Source of the DNA: Acidimicrobiales bacterium
GTDB lineage: Bacteria; Actinomycetota; Acidimicrobiia; Acidimicrobiales; UBA8190
DNA: 64,000 bases
Reading direction: 5' to 3'
NCBI GenBank assembly: GCA_030040015.1
Contig: JASHUM010000123.1
Coordinates: forward strand, 37,887-101,886
The notes under the pieces are model-generated. The model was not told the DNA's origin, searched no databases, and worked only from the letters and a program-made list of their open reading frames with translations. Positions 53,491 to 64,000 of the stretch are shown here, piece after piece; position 1 is the stretch's first letter; each line of letters begins with the position of its first letter. The position numbers were made by a program, and so were the translations under genes.

Positions 53491-54595
53491 GGCCACAGCC
53501 CGACCTCGACGAGGAGCGCCCTCCCGCCCTTCTCGTGCTGGCCGACGGCGAGGTGTTCGAGGGCGAGGCCATCGGGGCGCCGGCCGAAGGAGGGGTGCGC
53601 ACCGGCGAGCTCGTGTTCAACACCGTGCTGTCGGGATACCAGGAGGTGCTCACCGACCCCAGCTACGCCGGGCAGGTCGTGGCCTTCACCTATCCCCACA
53701 TCGGCAACTACGGCGTGACCCCCGACGACGACGAGGCGGCCCGGCCCTTCTGCCGTGGCGTGGTGGTGCGCGACGTGCCGCCCCGGCCCTCGAGCTGGCG
53801 GGCACGCGCCTCGCTCGAGGAATTCCTCGTCCGCCAAGGGGTCCCCGGCATCTGCGGCGTCGACACCCGGCGTCTCACCCGTCACATCAGGGAGGCCGGC
53901 GCCATCGGCTGCGCCATGGGCACCGCCGACGAACGCGTCCTGGCCCGGGCGGCGGCGGCCGAACCGGGCACCACAGGGAAGGACCTGGTCTCGGGTGTCA
54001 CCACGTCCCGGCCCTACGTGCGCGGCAGCGGGCGGTGGCGGGTGGTCGCCTACGACTTCGGAGTCAAGGAGACGATGCTTCGCTGCCTGGAGCAGGTGGC
54101 CACCATCAGCGTGGTGCCCGCCTCGTTCCCCGCCGAGGACGCCCTGGCGATGGAGCCCGACGGCGTCTTCCTCTCCAACGGCCCGGGTGATCCCGCCGCC
54201 CTGGGACCGCAGTCTCAGGTCGTGTCCGATCTGCTCGGCAGGGTCCCGGTGTTCGGCATCTGCCTCGGGCATCAACTGCTCGGCACCGCCCTCGGGGGCC
54301 GCACCTTCAAGCTGCCGTTCGGCCATCACGGCGGGAACCATCCCGTGCGCCGGCTGGCCGGTGGCCAGGTGGAGATCACCAGCCAGAACCACAACTACGC
54401 GCTGTCCGAGGACTCGCTGGCCGGGGTGGCGGAGGTGACGCACGTCAACTTGAACGACGGCGTGGTCGAGGGCATCCGGGCCACGGGCGTCCCCGCCTTC
54501 GGCGTGCAATACCATCCCGAGGCGGGTCCCGGCCCCCACGACGCCCGCTATCTCTTCTCCCGTTTCACCGAGCTCATGGCTTCGGCGAGGTCCTG

Positions 54596-54596
<1 letters not shown>
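53487..54596 (+). CDS. carA: Carbamoyl-phosphate synthase small (glutaminase) subunit
   Basis: [17 protein letters not shown], class-I amidotransferase GICLGHQLL (Cys nucleophile), and QYHPEA. Confidence 0.93.
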
Positions 54597-57936
<3,340 letters not shown>

Positions 57937-57940
<4 letters not shown>

Positions 57941-58944
57941 GCCCGCTCACGCGCCGGCCGGTCATGCAGGCCACGGTGGGTTCGCTGTCGCTGCCCAACC
58001 CGGTGCTCACCGCGTCGGGGACGGCCGGCCACGGCGCCGAGCTGGCCGGGTACGTCGACCTCGACCGGCTCGGCGCCGTGGTGGTCAAGTCGCTCGCCGC
58101 CGAGCCGTGGGCGGGGAACCCTGCGCCCCGGGTGCACGAGACCCCGGCCGGGATGCTCAATTCGGTGGGGCTGCAGGGGCCCGGCATCGACACCTGGCTG
58201 AACAGCGAGCTGCCCGAGCTGGCCGACCGCGGCGCCAGGGTGGTGGTGAGCATCTGGGGAAGGCGGGTGGAGGATTTCGCCCGGGCGGCGACCATGGTGC
58301 GTGGCGCTCCGGCCGTGGTTGCCGTCGAGGTCAACGTGAGCTGTCCCAATCTGGAGGACCGCAGCCGCATGTTCGCCCACTCGCCGACCGCCACGGCCGA
58401 GGCCGTCTCGGCGGCGGCGGGGGCCGGGTTGCCGCGGTGGGCCAAGTTGAGCCCCAACACCGACGCCCTCCTCGAGGTGGCGGGGGCGGCGCTCAGCGCC
58501 GGGGCAGAGGCGCTGGTTCTCGTGAACACGATCCTGGGCATGGCCATGGACATCCGACGAAGGACCTATGCGCTCGGGAGCGGGCCGGCGGGCGGCGGCC
58601 TCTCGGGCCCGGCCATCCGCCCGGTGGCGGTGCGCGCCGTCCACGACTGCCGGGCTGCGTTCCCCGCCGCGGGAATCGTCGGGGTGGGCGGGGTCAGCCG
58701 GGGAGTCGACGCCGTCGAGCTCCTCATGGCCGGCGCCGATGCCGTCGAGGTCGGCACGGCCACCTTCCGCGACCCCCGGGCGCCACTGCGGGTCCTGGGC
58801 GAGCTCGAGCGGTGGTGCCGCCGTCGCGGCGTCCGCTCGGTCCGTGACATGGTGGGCGTCGTGCACGAGGGAGCTCGGGACGCGGCCGGGGGCCCGGCCG
58901 GGCCGGAGCCCGGGGTGGCAGCGGAGGAGCGGGCACGTGGCTGA
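57937..58944 (+). CDS. pyrD: Dihydroorotate dehydrogenase (class 1 type)
   Basis: [26 protein letters not shown], and [12 protein letters not shown]...GVGGV motifs. ATG overlaps the carB stop (ATGA). No pyrK-like partner in the operon. Confidence 0.88.
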
Positions 58945-59641
58945 GCACCCGCGTCAGCGTCTCGCCCTGGCCCTGGACTTCGACGACCTCGTCGTCGCCC
59001 TGCGCATGGCCCGGCGACTGCGGCCCTACTTCGGTGTGGCCAAGGTCGGCCTGGAGCTCTTCGGCGCTGCCGGTCCCGAGACGGTCTCGGCGCTCACCGT
59101 CGAGGGCTATCGGGTCTTCCTCGACTTGAAGCTGCACGACATCCCCACCACCGTCCGCCGCGCCGCAACCGTGCTCGGGGGCTTGGGCGCGGCCTACTCC
59201 ACCGTCCACACCCAAGGCGGTTTGGACATGGTGCGCGCCGCGGCGGAGGGCATGGCCGCCGGTGCCGCGGCGGCCGGTGCGCCGGCGCCGGTCGTGCTCG
59301 GGGTCACGGTGCTCACCGCCGACGTGTCGGCACCCGGTGACGTCCTCGCCGAGCGGGCCGCCCTGGCGGCGCAAGCGGGGTGTGGCGGGATCGTGTGCGC
59401 GGCCAGTGATCTGGGAATAACGCGGCGCGTGGCGCCCGACCTCCTGAAGGTCGTCCCGGGGATCAGGCCGGTGGGCACGGGCCACCACGATCAAGCGCGC
59501 GCTGCGACGCCGGCGGCGGCGCTCGCCGCCGGGGCCGATCTGCTCGTGATAGGACGGGCGGTCACGGCCGCCGAGGACCCCGAGCGCGTTGCCGACGCGT
59601 TGGTCAAAGAGGTGGCCGAATCACAGCTCACCCCCAGGTGA
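58937..59641 (+). CDS. pyrF: Orotidine 5'-phosphate decarboxylase
   Basis: LALALDF, FLDLKLHDIPTT and LLVIGRAV motifs. GTG overlaps the pyrD 3' end. Confidence 0.9.
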   Translation: MAEHPRQRLALALDFDDLVVALRMARRLRPYFGVAKVGLELFGAAGPETVSALTVEGYRVFLDLKLHDIPTTVRRAATVLGGLGAAYSTVHTQGGLDMVRAAAEGMAAGAAAAGAPAPVVLGVTVLTADVSAPGDVLAERAALAAQAGCGGIVCAASDLGITRRVAPDLLKVVPGIRPVGTGHHDQARAATPAAALAAGADLLVIGRAVTAAEDPERVADALVKEVAESQLTPR

Positions 59642-59673
59642 ACCCCTCCGAGGAGGACGCTAAGGTGGCCGAC

Positions 59674-59994
59674 ATGCCGCAACCTCCCGCACTCACCCCT
59701 GAGCAGCGCCAGGCGGCGCTCGACAAGGCCGCCAAGGTCCGACGCGAACGGGCCGAGGTGAAGGAGAAGCTGAAGATGGGCTCGATGAGCCTCTCCGAGT
59801 TGTTGAACCAAGCGGACGCCAACGAGACGGTGGGGAAGATGAAGGTTCTCTCCGTCCTCGAGTCGCTCCCCGGGCTCGGAAAGGTGAAGGCCCGCCGCCT
59901 CATGGACTCGGTCGGCATCAGCGAGAGCCGCCGCTTGCAAGGGCTCGGGGTGAACCAGCGCGAGGCGTTGCTGGCTCACACGAACAAGCCCTGA
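59674..59994 (+). CDS. mihF: Actinobacterial integration host factor MihF
   Basis: MPQPPALTPEQRQAALDKAAKVRRERAEVK...VLESLPGLGKVKARRLM matches the mIHF family. Canonical position before gmk-rpoZ. The upstream GTG 59638 is less likely. Confidence 0.85.
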   Translation: MPQPPALTPEQRQAALDKAAKVRRERAEVKEKLKMGSMSLSELLNQADANETVGKMKVLSVLESLPGLGKVKARRLMDSVGISESRRLQGLGVNQREALLAHTNKP

Positions 59995-60000
59995 TCCTCG

Positions 60001-60576
60001 CTGATCGTCATCATCTCCGGCCCGGGCGGGGCGGGGAAGGGGACGGTCGCAGCCCGCCTCGTCGAGCGAGATCCGGCGCTGTGGCTCAGCCGCTCGTGGA
60101 CCACGCGGCCGCGCCGTGCCGGCGAGGACGCCGACGCGTACACCTTCGTCGACGACGCCACCTTCGACGCTGCCGTCGACGCCGGGCAATTCCTCGAATG
60201 GGCCGAGTTCCTCGGTCATCGCTACGGCACGCCGCACCCGTCGCCACCACCCGGGTCCGACGTCCTGCTCGAGATCGACCTTCAAGGCGCACGCCAGGTC
60301 GTGGCCCGCCACCCCGACGCTCTGCTCGTGCTGCTCGTGCCCCCTTCGCCCGAGGTGCAGGCGCGCCGGCTGCGTCACCGGGGTGACTCCGAGGAGGACC
60401 TCGAGCGGCGCCTGGCCAAGGGCCGCGACGAAGAGCGCCTGGGACGGGACCTCACGCCGTACGTCGTGGTGAACGACGACCTGGAACGGGCCGTAGCCGA
60501 GGTGGCCGGTATACTGGAACGCCACCGAAGAGGCACCCCGCTCGACGGGGGCGCCGGACCCCGGAGAGGAAGCTGA
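60001..60576 (+). CDS. gmk: Guanylate kinase (apparent non-canonical start)
   Basis: [16 protein letters not shown]-loop (60019-60045), [13 protein letters not shown], and [12 protein letters not shown]. There is no ATG/GTG/TTG in frame between the stop at 59992-59994 and GTG 60301. CTG 60001 or ATC 60004 are the only plausible starts. Confidence 0.85.
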   Translation: MIVIISGPGGAGKGTVAARLVERDPALWLSRSWTTRPRRAGEDADAYTFVDDATFDAAVDAGQFLEWAEFLGHRYGTPHPSPPPGSDVLLEIDLQGARQVVARHPDALLVLLVPPSPEVQARRLRHRGDSEEDLERRLAKGRDEERLGRDLTPYVVVNDDLERAVAEVAGILERHRRGTPLDGGAGPRRGS

Positions 60577-60950
60577 TGGCTCAGCGCCGCGCCACCCTGA
60601 TGGACCCCCCGATCGAGGACCTGTTGGACAAGGTCGACTCGAAGTTCACGTTGGTGGCGCTCTCCGCCAAGCGGGCGCGCCAGATCAACTCGTACTACAA
60701 CCAGCTCGGCGAAGGCCTGGGCGTGGTGGTGCCTCCCCAGGTGACGTCGATCTCTGGCAAGCCCCTCACCATCGCCTTCGAGGAGATCGCCACGGCCAAG
60801 GCGTCGTTCCACCGCCCCGATCCCGACGCCGAGCCGGAGTCGGTGGAGGACGGCGCCGGGGAGCCGGTGCTGGCCGCCATCGACACCGACACCGACAGCG
60901 GCGACGGCGTCCCGGCCGACGCCGAGGACGAGCCCGGCTCGGGCGCCTGA
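60576..60950 (+). CDS. rpoZ: DNA-directed RNA polymerase subunit omega (with acidic C-terminal extension)
   Basis: [26 protein letters not shown] core. ATG shares one nt with the gmk stop (TGATG). Confidence 0.9.
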   Translation: MAQRRATLMDPPIEDLLDKVDSKFTLVALSAKRARQINSYYNQLGEGLGVVVPPQVTSISGKPLTIAFEEIATAKASFHRPDPDAEPESVEDGAGEPVLAAIDTDTDSGDGVPADAEDEPGSGA

Positions 60951-60984
60951 GCCGGACGGCGACGTCCCCCCGAGTGAGGGGAGG

Positions 60985-62244
60985 GTGATGACCGGGGCGG
61001 ACCCGCTTGCTTCCAAGCGCGTCGTGCTCGGCGTCACCGGGGGCATCGCTGCCTACAAGGCGGTGGAGCTGTGCCGCCGGCTGGTCGACGCCGGCGCCCA
61101 CGTGTCGCCGGTCATGACCGAGGACGCCACTCGCTTCGTGGGCGAGGTCACCTTCTCGGCGCTGGCGTCGGAGCCGGTGCGACGGTCGCTGTGGGGAGGG
61201 CCCGAGCCCATCCCCCACACGCGCCTGGGACAGAACGCCGACGTCGTGGTGGTGGCGCCGGCCACGGCGCGCTTCATCGGCTGCTACGCGCACGGGATCT
61301 CCGACGACCTGCTCACCGCCACGGTGCTCGCCACCCGCGCCCCGGTGGTGGTGTGCCCGGCCATGCACACCGAGATGTGGGAGCACGGCGCCGTGCAGGA
61401 CAACCTGGCGCTCTTGCGCCGGCGCGGCGTGGTGGTGGTCCCTCCCGCCCAGGGCAGGCTGGCCGGGGGCGACACCGGGGTGGGGCGGCTGGCCGAGGTC
61501 GACGACATCGTGCGATCCGTGCGCGCCGTGCTCGGCGGGCCCGACGCCGCCGGCGACCTCTCAGGGGTCAAGGTGGTGGTGAGCGCAGGCGGGACGCGCG
61601 AGCCCATCGACCCGGTCCGATTCATCACCAACCGTTCGTCGGGCAAGCAGGGTCACGCCTTGGCCGACGCCGCCGCCCGACGGGGGGCCCGCGTCGTGCT
61701 GGTGACGACGACGGAGCGTCCGGTTGCGGCCGGGGTGGACGTCGTGCGCGTCGACACGGCCGCCGAGATGGAGCAGGCGGTGTTGTCGGCCGCAGCAGAC
61801 GCCGGCGTCGTGGTCATGGCCGCCGCCGTGGCCGACTTCCGGGCCAAGGCCCCGGCGACGTCCAAGCTGTCCAAGGCCGACGGCGTGCCCGATCTCGTCC
61901 TCGAGCCGACGCCCGACATCCTGGCCGAGCTCGGTCGCAGGCGGCGCCCGGGCCAGGTTCTGGTGGGGTTCGCCGCCGAGACGGACGAGGTCGAGGACCG
62001 GGCCCGGGCCAAGCTCGGCGCCAAGGGCGTGGACCTGGTCGTGGCCAACGACGTGGCTGCGCCCGGGGCGGGATTTGACCACGACACCAATGCCGTGACC
62101 ATCCTGGGGGCCGGCGGCGGCTCGACCAGGGTGGGGCTGACGTCGAAGGAGGCGGTGGCCGACGCCGTGCTGGACGCGGTGGCCGAGTGCCTCTCGGCAG
62201 GTCCGGAAGGTCCGGACGAGCGGGGAGCCAGGAGGGCTCGATGA
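60985..62244 (+). CDS. coaBC: Bifunctional phosphopantothenoylcysteine decarboxylase / phosphopantothenate--cysteine ligase
   Basis: N-terminal flavoprotein domain [16 protein letters not shown]...PAMHTEMW. C-terminal CoaB domain [26 protein letters not shown]. Confidence 0.93.
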   Translation: MMTGADPLASKRVVLGVTGGIAAYKAVELCRRLVDAGAHVSPVMTEDATRFVGEVTFSALASEPVRRSLWGGPEPIPHTRLGQNADVVVVAPATARFIGCYAHGISDDLLTATVLATRAPVVVCPAMHTEMWEHGAVQDNLALLRRRGVVVVPPAQGRLAGGDTGVGRLAEVDDIVRSVRAVLGGPDAAGDLSGVKVVVSAGGTREPIDPVRFITNRSSGKQGHALADAAARRGARVVLVTTTERPVAAGVDVVRVDTAAEMEQAVLSAAADAGVVVMAAAVADFRAKAPATSKLSKADGVPDLVLEPTPDILAELGRRRRPGQVLVGFAAETDEVEDRARAKLGAKGVDLVVANDVAAPGAGFDHDTNAVTILGAGGGSTRVGLTSKEAVADAVLDAVAECLSAGPEGPDERGARRAR

Positions 62245-63437
62245 GCAGGCGACACACGTTCACCTCGGAGTCGGTGACCGAGGGCCATCCCGACAAGATG
62301 GCGGACCAGATCTCCGACTCGGTGCTCGACGCGGTCATCGAGCAGGACCCCAGGGCCCGTGTGGCGTGCGAGACCATGCTCACGACCGGCTTGGTGCTCG
62401 TGGCGGGCGAGATCTCGACCAACTGCTATGTGGACATCCCCTCCCTGGTGCGCGACGTCGTGTGCGACATCGGCTACGACGCCGATGCGCACGGCTTCAA
62501 CGGGCACACCTGCGGCGTCATGGTCGCCCTCGACGAGCAGTCCCCCGACATCGCCCAGGGCGTCACGGCTGCCCACGAGGTCCGCACCGGCTCGGGCGGC
62601 GAGGACCAGCTCAACGCCCAGGGCGCCGGCGACCAGGGGATGATGTTCGGCTTCGCCTGCGACGAGACGCCGGACCTCATGCCGCTGCCCATCTGGTTGG
62701 CGCACCGCCTGGCCCAGCGCCTGGCCCAGGTGCGCCGGGTGGGCGTGCTGCCTTATCTGCGACCCGACGGCAAGACCCAGGTGAGCGTGGTCTACGAGGA
62801 CGGCCGGCCCATGGCGCTCGACACCGTGCTCGTGTCCACCCAGCACGCCCCGGGGGTCGACATCGAGACCCTGCTCCTCCCCGACCTGCGCGAGCACGTC
62901 GTCCACCCGCTGCTCCCACCCGACCTCGATTCCTCCCGCATGCGCCTGCTGGCCAACCCCACGGGACGGTTCGAGCTCGGCGGTCCTCACGCCGACACCG
63001 GGCTCACCGGGCGCAAGATCATCGTCGACACGTACGGGGGGATGGCCCGGCACGGCGGGGGCGCCTTCTCGGGCAAGGACCCGTCGAAGGTCGACCGCTC
63101 GGCTGCCTACGCGGCGCGCTGGGTGGCCAAGCACGTGGTGGCGGCCGGCGCGGCGCGCCGGTGCGAGGTGCAAGTGGCCTACGCCATCGGCGTCGCCCAT
63201 CCGGTGTCGCTCATGGTGGAGACGTTCGGCACCGAAGCGGTCGACCCCGTCGCCATCGAGCGGGCCGTGCGTGACCTGTTCGACCTGCGGCCGGCGGCCA
63301 TCGTGCGCGATCTCGACCTCCAGCGCCCCATCTACCGTCGCACCGCCGCCTATGGGCACTTCGGTCGCTCCGACAAGGAGCTCACCTGGGAGACCACTCC
63401 ACGGGTCGAGGACCTGAAGCGAGCCCTGAGCCTGTAG
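62241..63437 (+). CDS. metK: S-adenosylmethionine synthase
   Basis: [41 protein letters not shown] motifs. ATG overlaps the coaBC stop (ATGA). Confidence 0.97.
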   Translation: MSRRHTFTSESVTEGHPDKMADQISDSVLDAVIEQDPRARVACETMLTTGLVLVAGEISTNCYVDIPSLVRDVVCDIGYDADAHGFNGHTCGVMVALDEQSPDIAQGVTAAHEVRTGSGGEDQLNAQGAGDQGMMFGFACDETPDLMPLPIWLAHRLAQRLAQVRRVGVLPYLRPDGKTQVSVVYEDGRPMALDTVLVSTQHAPGVDIETLLLPDLREHVVHPLLPPDLDSSRMRLLANPTGRFELGGPHADTGLTGRKIIVDTYGGMARHGGGAFSGKDPSKVDRSAAYAARWVAKHVVAAGAARRCEVQVAYAIGVAHPVSLMVETFGTEAVDPVAIERAVRDLFDLRPAAIVRDLDLQRPIYRRTAAYGHFGRSDKELTWETTPRVEDLKRALSL

Positions 63438-63481
63438 CGCCCCAGCCCACCCTCGTCGCCGCCGGGGGCGCGCCGCCCCGG

Positions 63482-64000
63482 GTGGTGCGCGTCCTCCCCG
63501 ACGTGGGGGGCCTGGGAAAGGCGTTCGACTACGAGGTGCCTCCCGAGATGGCCACCCAGGTCGAGGTGGGCACGTCGGTGCGGGTGTTGCTCCACAACCG
63601 GAGCGTGGCCGGGTGGGTGGTCGCCGACGACGTGGAGCCCCCGCCCGGGGTGTCACCGCGTCCGCTGTCGTCGGTCCGAGGGCTGGGCCCGCCACCCGCC
63701 GTCGTGTCGCTGGCCCAGTGGGCGGCTTGGCGATGGGCAGGGCCGCCGTCGCGACTGCTGCGCACCGCCTCGTCACCGGTGCTGGTGCGTGCTCTGCCGC
63801 CGACGCGTCGCCGAGCCGGTGCGGGCGACCGGGCGACGTCGGCGCCGCCCGGCGAAGGCGATCCCGCCGGTGCTCTGGCGGGCGAGGCCCTGGCCGGGGC
63901 GGCGACGGTGGTTCGCCTCGCCCCGGCGCACGATCCCTTCGCGTTGGTGCAAGCGGCGTGCCGACGCGTCACGCCTGACGCCGGGTGCCTGGTGCTCGTT
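63482..64000 (+). CDS. priA: Primosomal protein N' (PriA), 5' partial (runs off the right edge)
   Basis: VVRVLPDVGGLGKAFDYEVPPEMATQVEVGTSVRVLLHNRSVAGWVV is the typical PriA N-terminal winged-helix/3'-binding region. Canonical position after metK in actinobacteria. Absent from the ORF track because no stop lies within the window. Confidence 0.7.
   Translation, partial: MVRVLPDVGGLGKAFDYEVPPEMATQVEVGTSVRVLLHNRSVAGWVVADDVEPPPGVSPRPLSSVRGLGPPPAVVSLAQWAAWRWAGPPSRLLRTASSPVLVRALPPTRRRAGAGDRATSAPPGEGDPAGALAGEALAGAATVVRLAPAHDPFALVQAACRRVTPDAGCLVLV

Noticed and set aside
62187-62240. SAM riboswitch upstream of metK.
   Set aside because: metK overlaps the coaBC stop (ATGA), so there is no leader.

Overview
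Very GC-rich actinobacterial chromosome segment. Gene order suggests an Acidimicrobiia-like lineage, but that is only an inference. Almost all of it is tightly packed core genes, and many neighbours share 4-nt GTGA/ATGA start/stop overlaps. Left to right on the + strand unless noted: HNH endonuclease and an LplA-like protein; a near-complete dcw cell-wall/division cluster (mraZ-rsmH-ftsL-ftsI-murE-mraY-murD-ftsW-murG-murC-murB-ftsQ-ftsZ) followed by pgeF-yggS-sepF-yggT-divIVA; ileS (minus); a DksA/TraR zinc-finger protein with a histone-H1-like tail; lspA-rluD; a sigma-70 factor (minus); a histidine phosphatase; an Rrf2 regulator (minus) divergent from an alkaline-phosphatase-family gene plus bpa; dnaE; two uncharacterised genes; a YyaL-type thioredoxin-domain gene (minus); an overlap-coupled SDR-tyrS-microORF-DUF3151-lipoprotein-flavin reductase chain; a minus-strand ATP-grasp / B12-radical-SAM (CCAEP tail) / cysteine-cluster operon; nfu; prepilin peptidase; aroC-aroK-aroB-aroQ-pepP-efp-nusB; pyrR-pyrB-pyrC-carA-carB-pyrD-pyrF; mihF-gmk-rpoZ-coaBC-metK; and the 5' end of priA. 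I saw no tRNA, rRNA, CRISPR array, transposase or integrase. The best candidate for an undescribed system is the ATP-grasp / CCAEP-tail radical SAM / 8-Cys protein operon (40135-43758), which abuts a divergent Nfu Fe-S carrier gene. Other notable points: a 21-bp perfect inverted repeat that would occlude the rsmH ribosome-binding site and start codon; phased AAGTGGTG repeats on the mraZ promoter; a composite palindrome upstream of dnaE; a 28-codon membrane micro-ORF coupled between tyrS and the next gene; gmk and nusB, which have no canonical start codon before conserved N-terminal motifs; and a 63-bp tandem duplication in the histone-like tail. All product calls rest on motif recognition by eye. 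No homology search was run, and start codons are less certain than stops.
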